Assembly (NCBI GenBank): GCA_035221665.1
Contig: CM069148.1
Span: forward strand, 22,382,001-22,446,000
DNA: 64,000 nt
Direction: 5' to 3'
DNA from: Okamejei kenojei
Lineage: Eukaryota
The notes beneath the pieces were generated by a model. That model worked only from the letters and a program-made list of their open reading frames with translations, searched no databases and was not told where the DNA came from. Position 1 is the stretch's first letter; every line of letters starts with the position of its first letter. A program made the position numbers and the translations under genes. Shown here piece after piece: positions 22,858 through 36,694 of this stretch.

Positions 22858-24159
22858 GTCAATTGTTAAATGAATAATGGCTTTATTTCCAACTGCAAAA
22901 TCGAAATCATAATTGATCAAACTTGAGCAATTAAGGTTTTCTTGTAGATTTCACTTAAGAGACAGAGTTTATAAGCTGTTCTCTTGGTTTGGCTAAAATT
23001 TAATGAAACTGAATTTTTGTTATACGAGTTGAAATGGTGCTTAATGAAGGGATGTTACAGCAAGTTCACTGCCCTGTTGTTAAACCTGTACTCTCGGCCA
23101 CTTTAATGTTTTCCAGATTCAAACTCAACCTAAGTTTTCCCAAACTTGTCTCTGTTCCAGATCTCGCTGAAATCTATGGGCTTCAGTTCTGGTGATTCTT
23201 TACTTTTTGTAGAAAGAGCTGCTGTTAAAGTTATACTGCTGACATTCATAATTGCATAACTTTCCATTTGGCTGCCATTCAAACTTGATTAGTCAGCAGC
23301 CATCAGAAGAACAGTGATGTGAGCAGGCTGGTCAAACTGTTTTTAAAAACTCTTTAATTGCTTGTCAGTAGAATATGTGGCACTGACAGATAAAAGGTTT
23401 TAAAAAGTGAATGTAGTTTTGGCCAAGTCAGAGTTTAATTTCATTAATAATTTGGAGGAAGCTTTTGTGCTACGCGGTGGCAAGTTAAACCTTACAATTG
23501 ACTATAAACAAATTGTATGCTTAAATTTGACTCGGTCCATTACTTGGTGTGAGTGATTATAACCAAAGTAGAAAAAATAGCAAGCATGGCAGAAGCACTT
23601 TCAGCACGCTTAAAATTTCACAATTTTGCCTTTTCTCCCATCATTTGCTGCTGCACTGTCCTGTTGAATGAAATGAAGCTGTTACCTGCCACACATAAAA
23701 AGTGATACGGGTTTGGGGTGCTGGCTTGGGCAAGAGCACTAATGTTGTTTACATCCTTAAAGTGGATTTGGAGAGTATTTTACAGACCCATCATTGTTGA
23801 TGAGATGCTTAATGTATTCACATTAAAATCTAAGAAACGTACAAGAGGCAGATGTCGCTGCTGCCCAGTAAACCACTAGTTTAGTGCCAGGGTAGAGGTA
23901 TTGATTTTCAAGCACTTGGTTTTCTCAGATGATCATTGAATGTAATAGCACATTGGTGAATTTAATCACCAATGGCTGCCTTCCCTTGGAAGTGATTCCC
24001 AAGTTTGGTAAATGGTTCATATTTTTCAGGGTTACTGTCAAAAGATGGTGTTGTTCAGCAGGGACAGATTGGTGGAAGACATTTTTGTTCTTGCAGATGT
24101 TGATTTAAAGACCTATTCTCTCATGCTTCAGGGACCGAGTTGTTGAAGTAAAGCTTATC

Positions 24160-24445
24160 CGCTAGAATCAGACCTTTTTGATCCGCTGAGCCCATGCCTA
24201 CCATACATGCACCAATCCTATGCTCATCCCGTTTTATTGTCCTCTCCCATTCCCATCATTCCCTTAAACAATGCAAATTACAGCACACACCTAACCTAGC
24301 AATCAGCACATCTTTGGGAAAATGGAGTATTTGGAGAAAACCCCACACAGTCACAGGGAGTACATGCAAATTCCATTTTGGACCTCATTATTGAATTCAC
24401 GTCTCTGGAACTGAGAGGCGTTCGTTCTACTGGCTGCATCACTGT
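24160..24445 (-). mobile_element. V-domain SINE, degenerate
   Basis: ggagaaaaccccacacagtcacagggagtacatgcaaattcca is the reverse complement of the V-SINE core. Confidence 0.65.
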
Positions 24446-24705
24446 TGCATCTCCAATGTCATTTGCATAGCATTGATGATTAATTGTACTCTGTTTATGT
24501 TAGGCTTTAGGCCACATTGTTTGCATGCCCAGCATTAGACTTCCAAAACTGATATTCTTATGGTGACTTTTAGCACCCATATCCTAGCCTACCACACCAT
24601 GATTTCATCTAAAAAACATCCTAAAAAAATGTACTAGCGTATAGGTTAGATGAATAGGCTAAATACTGCAAACTTTGACTGAATTAAAAGCAATTATTTT
24701 CTATG

Positions 24706-25303
24706 ATAGAAACATAGAAAATAGGTGCAGGAGGAGGCCATTCGGCCCTTCGAGCCAGCACCACCAGTCATTGTGATCATGGCTGATCATCCCCAATCAA
24801 TAACCCGTGCCTGCCTTCTTCCCATATCCCTTGATTCCACTAGCCCCTAGAGCTCTATCTAACTCTCTGTTAAATCCATCCAGTGACATGGCCTCACCGC
24901 CCTCTGTGGCAGGGAATTCCATAAATGCATAACTCTCTGGGTGAAAATGTTTTTTCTCACCTCAGTCTTAAATGACCTCCCCTTTATTCTAAGACTGTGG
25001 CCCCTGGTTCTGGACTCACCCAACATTGGGAACATTTTTCCTGCATCTAGCTTGTCCAGTCCTTTTATAATTTTATATGTTTCTATAAGACCCCCCCCCC
25101 CCCATCTTTCTAAACTCCAGTGAATACAAGCCTAGTCTTTTCAATAGTTCCTCATATGACAGTCCCGCCATCCCAGGGATCAATCTCGTGAACCTATGCT
25201 GCACTGCCTCAATCACAAGGTTGTCTTTCCTCAAATTAGGAGCCCAAAACTGTACACTATACTCTAGATGTGGTCTCAGCAGATCCCTATACAACTGCAG
25301 AAG
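24706..25303 (-). mobile_element. CR1/HER1 LINE 3' fragment
   Basis: (catagaaa) tail; minus strand YRDLLRPHLEYSVQFWAP...LGLYSLE. Confidence 0.92.
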
Positions 25304-27829
25304 AAATTTGTTAAACTAAGGCCACTGGTATGAGCTAAATGGCTAAATTATGACAGAAAAATCTCATGTGCAACAGAAATAAAAAAGTAAATGCGTAGGT
25401 AGTTTACTTCGCTACAAAAGTACATACCTAAAATGTATTAATAGCGTCGAGAGCTGCAACACTCTACGAATCTATGATGAACTAACCTGCAAACTGTCTC
25501 CATTTTCTCAGCCCAGCTATGAACTGAGATTCGGTTGTTACAATCGTTGAATGGCACTTTATTGTCACATGTACCGAGATACAGATCCTTTTTTTTTATC
25601 AAATTCCTCTTTTTGCATACATTTCAGTTTAAAAAAAATCTTACCATACATAAGCATAATCATACTTGAAACTTGTAAGCTACTATTCATAAAAGTTTGT
25701 AAGAATAGTAGATTACATGAGGCAATACACTAGTCTCCACGTTTCAGGCACCAATGCAATTTTTCTAAAGGGTATATAGGAGTATCAGTAACCACCGCAT
25801 AATTCTCCATGCACGCCATTGACTATTTAGTCCGCTTGAAAATAGCAAATATGCTTCATTTCCAGGGGAGACACCAAAGCTTATTTAAATGTATGCTTCA
25901 TTTTTGCTAACGCCTTGTTAAAGGATGTTAATCAATAAAACATTTAAAGAGCCGCAGACACAACAGAAAATGCATGTCCCATTGATTTGGGTTTTTTGCC
26001 CCTTGTCAGAGTATCCCTGCTTTGCAACTTTTGTGTAGATTGCAAATACTGTTCAGAATTTTGCCATGTTGTTATGCAGCAGGCAGTCACTGCACTCACA
26101 AGGCCTCACACAATATTGGGACTGGAAACCATACCTTGTTGTAATGCTGTTGAATAAGTGACAAATATGTGTCAGGATACAGCAAACACCTCATCAAGGA
26201 CTTGATAAAAATGTGTCATAGGATCTTTTAAATCCCCCTGAGAAGTCAGAAATGGTTTCTGTTCAAGGTTTTGCCCCAACATCAACACCTCTGACAATGT
26301 GCCACACTTTAACACTGTTAAGCTCAAGATTCAAGCTAAATCAAGTTCCAACTTGGCTAGACGTCACAGCCTTTCAAGTGTTATCACAGAGTCATCGCTG
26401 ACACTATTCCATGAAGGTTTTAAAAAAACGCTTTTTTATAAGCAATCTTAGAATCTCTCAATAGTGAGGTCCTGAAACACATGGATTGATTTTATTATTA
26501 TTTGGCAGATTATTGCAAATTACATCATCATGATGTTATGATGTGCACTTTGTTCTATATTGTTTTCTGTTCTCTGTAGTTGATTGAGGTTGCTTCACCA
26601 AATAAGGTCCATTTTTATATTACCAGCTTTCACGAGAGAGATTCTTGCGTAATAGGTCCCTTCTATGGTTAAAGTATGTTTTCCTAACTACATGATCTTG
26701 ATGACTGAATATCGAAGCCTTTTTAGGTCTTATCAAGTATTGGAGACTTGTTGCTATATGAAAATACTAAGTTGTTTCCCTTCACCCTACGCGTTTTCTT
26801 TCATTAAATGGTGCCTGTCATTATAGTTCTTCACAGACACAATGTAAAAATAAATAGTGGACTGGAGTGCAATACTACAGAAGTTCTGTAAAATTAATTG
26901 TTTTTATAATTATAAAGATAAATATTTTCAGTTGTCTGTTCATTCTCAGCCCAGGAAAATTTGTAATGTACATTCAGTGTGAATGAATGAAGGCCAATTA
27001 TTAGCTTTTAACAGTTGACGTTATTAACAGAAATTTGAACATGTCAAATTTATCTGAAAGAAACATGTCACTTTCATTTGAAAAAAATCAGTTTAAATGC
27101 TGAACATGCTTCTTGAAAACCGATGGTCTTCGGGTATAAAATAATTCCTGCTCTGTACAATCACTGAAACTTCTAGTTCAGGTTAGTTTGTATCTTGCAA
27201 TAAATTCCATCATCATCTTGTATTTGTTCTCAAGCCTAACTTAAAAATAATGAATTGTTAAATTCTAAAACCCAATTCTACATGAGCTGCTATTTTAGTA
27301 AATTAAAAAGGATTCAGATTATAGACGTCACACTCTCGTGTATTCAGGAAAATGATAACGTGAAGTTTGTTTCAGACCTAGCCTGAAATTTGGAAATACG
27401 GCAGTTTCCATTCATGCAGCATAGTATATATGGTCTGGTGATTAAGTGTTTTTTACAATAAGGAGTGAAAGGCACAATTAACATAGTTGTGAGAAATGGA
27501 GTAGCTGGATGAAGGACAAAAGACAAATTTGCAAAGGAAGTTTAAAGTTATTTCAGATATAAAGAAAGTGGGAAGCTGCAAAAAGTAGATGTGGGAACTG
27601 ATGTGGGCTCCAGCTTCAAAGAAACGTATGAGATCAGTTAATGGTTAGATGTGCCGTATTTCAGTTTAATAGGACACTAAAGTTGCATACAATGTATTAG
27701 AAGGAGATAGACCGAGATTGAAATAAGAGACATGGAATGTACCCTTTCACTGTGACCTATTTCCTGCACGCTTTGTCCTGCCCTCTCCCCTTTTCCTGGC
27801 TGTGCTCTTTCTGTGTATATGCATCGACT

Positions 27830-30800
27830 GAAGGGTGCAGGTCCAACATTGAGGATTGCGCAGAGGTCAGGAGAGGCAGAGGAATTACTCCATGATTGCT
27901 TGGTGTTAGTAGACAGAACGACATTCAAGGACTTGGCAATGGACCTGAACGAATATACCACAGTTGTTGCCGACTTCATGAGGAAATGTGTAGGAAGGAA
28001 CTGCAGATGCTGGTTTAAACCGAAGATGGACACAAAAAGCTGGTGTGACTAGTCTGAGGTAGGGTCTCGACACAAAACGTCACCCATTCCTTCTCTCCAG
28101 AGATAGAATCATAGAAAATAGGTGCAGGAGTAGGCCATTCGGCCCTTCGAGCCTCCACCGTCATTCAATATGATCATGGCTGATCATCCAACTCAGTATC
28201 CTGTACCTGCCTTCTCTCCATACCCCCTGATCCCTTTAGCCACAAGGGCTACATCTATCCCTCTTAAATATAGCCAATGAACTGGCCTCAACTACCTTCT
28301 GTGGCAGATAATTCCACAGACTCGCCACTCTCTGTGTGAAAAATGATCTTCTCATCTTGGTCCTAAAAGACTTCCCTCTTATCCTTAAACTGTGACCCCT
28401 TGTGCTGGAGTTCCTCAATATCGGGAACAATTTTCCTGCATCTAGCCTGTCCAACCCCTTAAGAATTTTGTAAGTCTCTATAAGATCCCCCCTCAATCTC
28501 CTAAATTCCAGCGAGTACAAGCCGAGTCTATCCAGTCTTTCTTCATATGGAAGTCCTGCCATCCCAGGAATCAGTCTGGTGAACCTTCTCTGTACTCCCT
28601 CTATGACAAGAATGTCTTTCCTCAGATTAGGAGACCAAAACCGTACACAATACTCCAGGTGTGGCCTCGCCAAGACCCTGTACAACTGCAGTAGAACCTC
28701 CCTGCTCTTGTACCCAAATCCTTAGCTATGAATGCCAACATACCATTCGCTTTCTTCACAGCCTGCTGCACCTGCATGCCTACTTTCAATGACTGGTGTA
28801 CCATGACACCCAGGTCTCGTTGCATCTCCCCTTTTCCTAATCGGCCACCGTTCAGAGAATAGTCTACCCTCCTGGGTTTTGCCGCCAAAGTGGATAACCT
28901 CACATTTATCCACATTATACTGCATCTGCCATGCATTTGCCCACTCACCCAACCTACCCAAGTCACCTTGCAGCCTCCTAGCATCCTCCTCACAGCTAAC
29001 ACTGCCCACCAGCTTCGTGTCATCCGCAAACTTGGAGATGAGAGATTCTTAGAAAATTAGAGAATACTTGGAGATTCAATTCCCTCATCCAAATCATTAA
29101 TATATATTGTAAATAGCTGGGGTCCCAGCACTGAGCATTGTGGTACCCCACTCGTCACCGCCTGCCATTCTGAAAAGGACCCGTTGACTCCTACTCTTTG
29201 CTTCCTGTCTGCCAGCCAGTTCTCTATCCACATCAACATTGAACCCCCAATACCATGTGCTTTAAGTTTGAATGCTAATCTCTTATGTGGGACCTTGTCG
29301 AAAGCCTTCTGAAAGTCCAGATATACCACATCCACAGGTTCTCCCTTATCCACTCTACTAGTTACATCCTCGAAAAATTCTATAAGATTCGTCAGACATT
29401 ATTCACCTTTCATAAATCCATGCTGACTTTGTCCAATGATTTCACCACTTTCCAAATGTGCTGCTATCCCATCTTTAATAACTGACTCTAGCATTTTCCC
29501 CACTACCAATGTTAGACTAATTGGTCTGTAATTCCCCGTTTTCTCTCTCCCTCCCTTTTTAAAAAGTGGGGTTACATTAGCTACCATCCAATCCTCGGAG
29601 CTACTCCAGAATCTAAACAGTTTTGAAAAATTATCACTAATGCATCCACTATTTCTGGGGCTACTTCCTTAAGTACTCTGGGATGCAGCCTATCTGGCCC
29701 TGGGGATTTATCGACCTTTAATCCATTCAATTTACCTAACACCACTTCCCAGCTAACCTGGATGTCACTCAGTTCCACCATCTCATTTGACCCCCAGTCC
29801 CCTGCTATTTCCGGCAGATTATTTATGTCTTCCTTAGTGAAGACAGAACTAAAGTAGTTATTCAATTGGTCTGCCGTGTCCTTGTTCCCCATGATCAATT
29901 CACCAGTTTCTGACTGCAAGGGACCTACATTTGTTTTAACTAACATTTTTCTCTTCACATATCTATAAAAACTTTTGCAGTCCGTTTTTATGTTCCCTGC
30001 CAGTTTTCTTTCATAATCTATTTTCCCGTTCCTAATTAAGCCCTTTGTCCTCCTCTGCTGGACTCTGAATTTCTCCCAGTCCTCTGGTCGGCTGCTTTTT
30101 TCTGGTTAATTTGTATGCTTCATCTTTAGTTTTGATACTATCCTTGATTTCCCTTGTTATTCATGGATGTACTACCTTCATATTATTATTGCCCTAGAAG
30201 AGCCTGGTGTTGTGCCTTAAGGACTACCGAGCGGTAGCACTTGCGCCTGTTGTGATGAAGTGCTTTGAGAGGTTGGTTGCGGCTCATATCAATTCCGGAC
30301 TTAGTAAAGGCCTAGACCCACAACAATTGGCCTGCTGCCACAACAGATCGACAGTGGGTGCAATTTCGCTGGCTCTCCACTCTGAACCACCTGGACAATA
30401 AGAACACGCACTGTAAGGCTGTTGTTCAACTACAGTGCAGCATTCAGTACCATCATCCTCTCTAACCATATCAAACTCTGGAAACTTGGCTCTGCTGTCC
30501 CTATGTAATTGTATCCTTGACCTCCTCATTTGAAAACTGCAATCAGTACAAATTGGTAACCTCATTTCCTCCTCCTTGACCATCAGCACAGGAGCACCTC
30601 TATGTTGTGTGGTCAGTCTCCTGCTCTACTCCATACCCATGATTGTGTAATAAGACGGGTTTCAACGCCATCTTTAAATTTGCCGACGATACCATGTTGT
30701 TGGACGAATAATCAATAACAATGAGTCGGAGCACAGGAGGGAGATTAATAATCTGAATGATGCCAAAACAATAATCTTAATCTAAATGTTGAGATTGAAG

Positions 30801-31578
30801 GAGGTGAATGTTGACTTTAGGAAGTGAAATCCGAGGATCCCTGAACCTGTTTGCATCACCGGGACAATGGTGGAGAGACCCAGCAGCTTTGGGTTCATAG
30901 GTGTGGTGTGCATTTCTCTGAAGATCTGTCCTGTGCCCAGCACATCGATGCAATCGCAAAGAAAGCTCGTCAACACCACGACTTCCTTGCACATTAAGGA
31001 GATTTGGTATGTTGCCAAATATTCATTTGAACTTCTGCAGATATACTGACTGGTTGCATGAGCGCCTGGTTCAGTAACTTGAACACCCAGGAATGAATGA
31101 GGCTGCAGAAAGTGGTAGCCATTGCCCGGTCCATCACAAGTATTGACAAGTATTGACCCCCATGCCAGTGAAGGGATCTATGGAAGGTGCTACCTCAGAA
31201 AGCCAGCTAATATCATCACAGATGCACACCACTATGGCCATCCATGCATCATGTTGCTATGATCAGGAAGCAAGCACAAGAGGCCGACACCTTCAGGTCA
31301 AGGACTGCTTTTTTCCAACAAACATCAGGCTTTTAAACGTCATTGCACAACCCTAACTCACTATGAACTTTTGTTTATGGTTGGAGTCCATACTTTGGTT
31401 TGCACTATTATGGTCTGGTTCCTAATATCACAGATTATTAATATATTGTATTAATGGATAATTGTATATTTATTTGTGGTGTGATTGTGTTAATGGACCT
31501 GTAAAGCTGCAGCAAGTAAGAATTTAATTGCTCCATTCCTGGTATATATGCTAATTCTTTTGGCTCTTGACTCTCCTT
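27830..31578 (+). mobile_element. Rex1/Babar-type LINE remnant, interrupted by a Penelope unit (27988-28103) and a CR1
   Basis: 27830-27988 LLHDCL...DLNEYTTVVADFMRKCV; 30180-31578 [28 protein letters not shown], and a 3' tail. A large internal part is missing. Confidence 0.75.
28104..30178 (-). mobile_element. CR1/HER1 LINE, 5'-truncated (~2.1 kb, RT domain)
   Basis: [59 protein letters not shown]. Frameshifted; 3' tail at ~28104. Confidence 0.95.
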
Positions 31579-31879
31579 TACTCTCACACCTGGATGTGAC
31601 ATTCAGGTCTGAGCCTGTTATTTGCCTATGGCTAAATACTTTTCTGCTACAGTTGCGAGCCAGAACGTGCAGAAGTGGCATTGTATGGGGCCGGGCTGAT
31701 GCAGGAATGAGAGAGGCCAATTAGCACAAATTTCATTTAAAATTTGAGATTCTAGCAGGGGTTCTGACTAAAATGCTTTCACACTACCGATTTTCATTTG
31801 ATACTTCCTAAATATTGTTTGTGTAGGAGTATGTAAATGTATTTACATGTAAACTGTTGGAATAGTGCCTAATTTCTAG

Positions 31880-32125
31880 TTAAGAAAAAGGGGTAAGCCA
31901 TTTAGGACGGAGATGAGGAAACACTTTTTCACAGGGCGGTGGAGGTCAGTTCTCTCGATACTTTCAAGAGAGAGCTTGATATGGCTCTTAAAGATAACGG
32001 AGTCAGGGGCTATGGGGAGAAGGCAGGAACAGGGTATTGATTGGGGATGACCAGCCATGATCACATTAAATGGCGGTGCTGGCTCGAAGGGCCGCATGGC
32101 CTACTCCTGCATCCATTGTCTATTG
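31880..32125 (+). mobile_element. CR1/HER1 LINE 3' fragment (+ orientation)
   Basis: ggacggagatgaggaaacactttttcacag...ggctcgaagggccg...ctactcctgc. Confidence 0.88.
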
Positions 32126-33113
32126 ACCTCTGAACTGTTCTGAGCGATCTCACACCTTGTAATGAGGGAAAATAGATGTTTTTAAATTGTTGTGGATTAT
32201 AAGCCAAATTTGCAAGTTGGGCATTAACAAAAATATTTGGTTTCAGAACCTGTTGATTGAATAGCAGTTGTAAACTTGATTAAGAGTACAAAAGGGAGTA
32301 TAGTTCACCACTTTCAAAATTACATCATGAAGAACAAATGATGAACACCGAAAACTGTTCAAAATGAAAAATAATTATGATGGGAGCAAAAATATTTTGT
32401 CTTAATGATGCTAGTAATGCTGAAGTGTTTAATACCTGTACGCAGCAATAATTTTGTACATTTAGGCAATGCTGATCTTGCACAATTATTTTGTTTTGAA
32501 TGAAACCTGAACGATTCATAAGGTGCTTGAGGCATCTTGTGAATGAATTACTTTGAGATGTAATGACATTTAAGAGTAGACACAGCAACCAATTTCTGCA
32601 GAATATAACCAGAAAACAGCAATGATAAAATGGCTGGTTAATCTGATACTGATGTCAGCAGAATGAGCATTGACAGAGCATGCAGATTCATTACTCTGTG
32701 AATAATATGAGAGCTTCATAAACAGATAGTCAGGACCTTGATTCATATCTCTGGCATTTCAGCACTTGACAAGAATGCTGACGCATGTTGGTTTGGCCTT
32801 GGAACTTCAGTACATAATCTAACACTGAGGTCAGTGCTTCCAACCAGGGCAAACATGAAGAATGGTTGCTGATCACGCTTTTTCAATATGTTTAGAGACT
32901 TCAAAATGAACCGGATAAATATCAAATTTAATCTTCCTGAATTCATTCGGTGAAGTTTCATTTCTATTCATTTAGAGCGATGGAGGTATAAAACTGGAGC
33001 AAATGCCACTGTTGTGTGAAGCTCGTAATTAAGAAATTACTTTATTGGACATTGTTGAAGTTGCAGTTAGCACCTGTATAGAACTGAAGGACTTTTTTTT
33101 TCTCCTTTAACAG

Positions 33114-33238
33114 GCAATATTATTGGTACGATGAAAGGGGAAAGAAAGTCAAATGTACGGCCCCACAGTACGTGGACTTTGTAATGACTTCTATACAAAA
33201 GTTTGTGACAGATGATGACATCTTCCCAACCAAATACG
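33114..33238 (+). CDS. MOB2: MOB2 coding exon (125 bp)
   Basis: Long polypyrimidine tract + aacag|G, donor TAC G|gtaggt. Translates QYYWYDERGKKVKCTAPQYVDFVMTSIQKFVTDDDIFPTKY. Confidence 0.97.
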
Positions 33239-33694
33239 GTAGGTTACATCGTTTCTGTTTGAGGTTCTTGCATATTTTATTGAAAAGCAAGCAGTCATCG
33301 ATCTGAAATGTCAGCTCAATTTTAAATGTCATACTCCACAGATGTTTATAAAATTGTCTGTTTTTATCTTCTGAGTAGGATGTCCGTGCAGACATCCATT
33401 TTGTACACCAAGAAAGATGGCTTTGTCAAAATTCAGACATGGATCAGCATGTCGCTTTGAATCACAGGTGGACTGCTGCTCATTGGACAGTTCTTAGATT
33501 GCATTAGGGTTATCTTGATTAAATGTAGTTCCTAAGAGACAGAGTTATGCAATTTTGGATTTGAATTGAGCCTATCCTGATCTAAGTTGCTAATCTCAAA
33601 ATGAGTTTCCCAGAAAGATTTAGTGCTCTCAGTTGGTGGATTTCCAGGACAGGACTTGCAGAGCCCTGAAGTGTGCTAAACAGCAGAGACAACC

Positions 33695-34268
33695 AATTGT
33701 ACAAGTATGTAGTTTCCTGAAAGTGGCAACACAGGTTGGTGAGGAAGGCATTTGGCACTCATGTATTCATTAGTCCAAGGTGTTTGGTACAAGATTTGAG
33801 ACATCGTGTCGCAACTGTACAAGACGTGGGTGAGACATTGATATTGCATGCAATTCTGTTTGCCAAGCTACAGGAATAATGTCTTTAGCGGGAAAGAAGC
33901 CATAAATGAATCACAAGTATGTTACTGGGACTGGATAGGTTGGGGCTTCAGTTATAAGACGGGGCTGGATAGGTTGGGACTTTTGCTCTTGGCAGAATAC
34001 GAGGTCAATGCATGAACTTATGGAGGTATATATGATCATGAGGGACATTAATAAGTTGGATGGTCACAGTCTATTTCCCAGGATAGGGGAACTTAAAAGA
34101 GGGCATAGGTTTTGGGGGGAAAATGGAAAGATTTAAAACTTATTAATTTTGATGGGCTGAGGCACGTATGGAATGAAGTGGTGGAGGCAGACAGATGGGA
34201 CTAGCTCAGGTAGACAATTTGGTTGGTATGGACGCATTGAGCCAAAAGGCCTCTATCTGTGCCGTACT
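33695..34268 (+). mobile_element. Older CR1 LINE 3' fragment
   Basis: ctgaaagtggcaacacagg...gtgaggaaggcatttggc...gggcataggtttt...gccaaaaggcct; degenerate CR1 ORF2 end. Confidence 0.7.
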
Positions 34269-34595
34269 ACTCGTATTTCCTCTTCCAAGACCAGGGACGA
34301 ATGAATGGGTAGGGTGTGGAGTAAATATTTAACGGGATTTGAATATGGAAATTAAAAAGTCTAGGAGAAGGAGCTAGTCAAACCAGATGGGGCAGTAGTA
34401 TAACTTATGAATCCAAATTGGTTTTGCTTGATTTGAAGTTGACTAAAGTGGGAAGGAATGTTCTGAGAGATTTTTAATTATAAAAGGAAGTTGGAATCAG
34501 GAAACTAATTTTAATGGAGGCATTAGTTAGCATTAAAATATCTGACAGTGTAGGCTGATTTAGTTATGACTTTCAGAAGGGTACGTAAATCAACG

Positions 34596-34988
34596 CGGGC
34601 CATCCCCAGATTATGAATGGTTTCCATTTTTACGGATGTGCGTAGATTGATTGTGTCCATAAGACAGAAAATTCACTATCACTCGCTGTAGTAACCGTAC
34701 GTCCACAGTATTACAATGACTGACATCTACAGCACATAAGACTGATAAGAAAGATCAATTACTTAAACCAGAGAGAGTGATTAGTTCTGCTATTCCTAGC
34801 AACAAATGTTTGTAAGAAAATAATTTCACTGTGCATTTGCACTTCACACGTGACAATAAAAGCACCATTGAACCAGTGAAATGTAACAAAGCACATTGAA
34901 CCTTTGATTTTAATAATATGATGGAAGCTCGTTCATACGTACTGGTTGGTGTTCATAAGTCGGGCATTCATAAGTGGAGGATGACCTG
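34596..34988. mobile_element. Tigger/pogo-like MITE
   Basis: cgggccatccccagattatgaatg ... cattcataagtggaggatgacctg|TA imperfect TIRs. Confidence 0.6.
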
Positions 34989-35054
34989 TATTTTAAAGTT
35001 TAAAAATAAATTGCATGCAATTTCAAAAAGGGATAAGATGCAATACAAAGAAAA

Positions 35055-36243
35055 CTGAAGCGGGAAGATCCAGTACAGAACGTGGTTCAATGCTGATCTG
35101 TGGAAACGGATGGCATTCTAGGCGATTCTTTGACTTGGTTGACTGGTCCATATTCAGGGAATCTGTGGACAACCAGAATGAGTATGCCACTGCCATGACA
35201 GATTTCATAAGTACGTAGAGGATTGCATGCTGAAGAAGCTAATCTGAGAGTTCTCAAAACCATGGGTGAACCATGAGGTTCATTCCCAGGTGAAGGCCGA
35301 GACTGCTATGTACAAGTCAACTGATCCCGAGTGGTACACAAATTGTCACTACGATTGTTGCAAAGCCACCAGGAATGCGAAAAGGCAATACTGGCACAAA
35401 CTTGAGTACCAGTATAACCACTCAGACACCCATCGACTGTAGAAAGGCTTGAATACTGTATCAGGCTACAAAGAAAGGTCAGGTGACATCATTGGCCATA
35501 GCGTGGGCTTCCCTAATGAAGTTAAAGCATTCTATGCTTGTTTTGAGCAAAAACGCAATGGGACGATGACATCCATCCTGTCGTGTGCCTTTTCCAATGC
35601 TCGCTGTTGCAGGTTAGATCGCCCTTCCTGAGGGTGAACTCACGGAAAGCAATTGGTCCAGATGGAGTTTTAGTAAACTGCATGGAACAACTAGAGGGAA
35701 TATTCATGGACATCTTTATTCTCTCCCTTCTCCGCTCTGAAGTACCCACCTGCTTCAAGAAGATCACTATCAGACAAAGAAAAGCAAGATGTTATACCTT
35801 AATGAATACTGTCCAGTAGCCTTGACATGTAACAGCTTCAAGAGGCTGGTTATGGCACACATTAACTCCAGCCTTGATCCACTGCAGCTCACTTACTGTC
35901 ACAGTGAGTCCACGGCTGATGCAATCTGCTGGTCTTGCATTCATCCCTGGATCACCTGGATAAGAAGGATACCTACGTCAGACACTCTTCTGACTATAGC
36001 CCTGCTTTCAATACCATTATCCCAACCAAGCTCATCTCCAACTCGCGAAACTTGGAGACAGCACCCTCTTCTGCAAATAGATCCTTGACTTCCTGACCAA
36101 CAGACAACAATCAGTGAAGATAGGTGACAAATCATTCTCTATGATCATTCTCAACATGTCATGACTGTGATCTCGGCTTCCTACTATACTCCTAATGCAC
36201 TCTCAATTATATCGCCAAATACCAATCCAACTCTATCAACAAG
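35055..36243 (+). mobile_element. Rex1/Babar-type LINE fragment (RT region, degenerate)
   Basis: LVDWSIFRES..., [47 protein letters not shown]. Confidence 0.8.
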
Positions 36244-36244
36244 T

Positions 36245-36600
36245 TAGACACAAAATGCTGGAGTAACAGCGGGTCAGGCAGCATCTTTGGAGAAGAGGAA
36301 TAGGTGACATTTGGAGTCAAAACCCTTCTTCAGACTGAGAGTCAGAGGGGAGGGAGATTGGAGGTATGAAAAGATTCAGCACTGATGACCAAGGAAAGGT
36401 GGAGCCCACAATGGTCCATTGTTAGCTGTGGAAGAGGCAGGAACTGTCAGGGTGACTAGGGTGGTGGAGGGGCAGAGAGAGAGGGAATGCAAGGGTTGCT
36501 TGAAATTGGAGAAATTAAATTCATACCACTGGGTTGTAAGCTGCCCAAGCAAAATATGTGCTGTTCCTCCAGTTTGTATGTGGTCTCACTGACAATGGAG
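36245..36600 (-). mobile_element. Penelope (Neptune-type) 3' fragment
   Basis: Colinear with 620-1050 (terminal unit plus the end of the GIY-YIG coding region). Confidence 0.8.
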
Positions 36601-36694
36601 TGTCATTGAAGATGTTATCTGACCAAGGTGGTTTTGATGTTGATCAATCTGGATCCATAATTGCTTTTAATAAATGTTTACTTTTTAGTATAAT

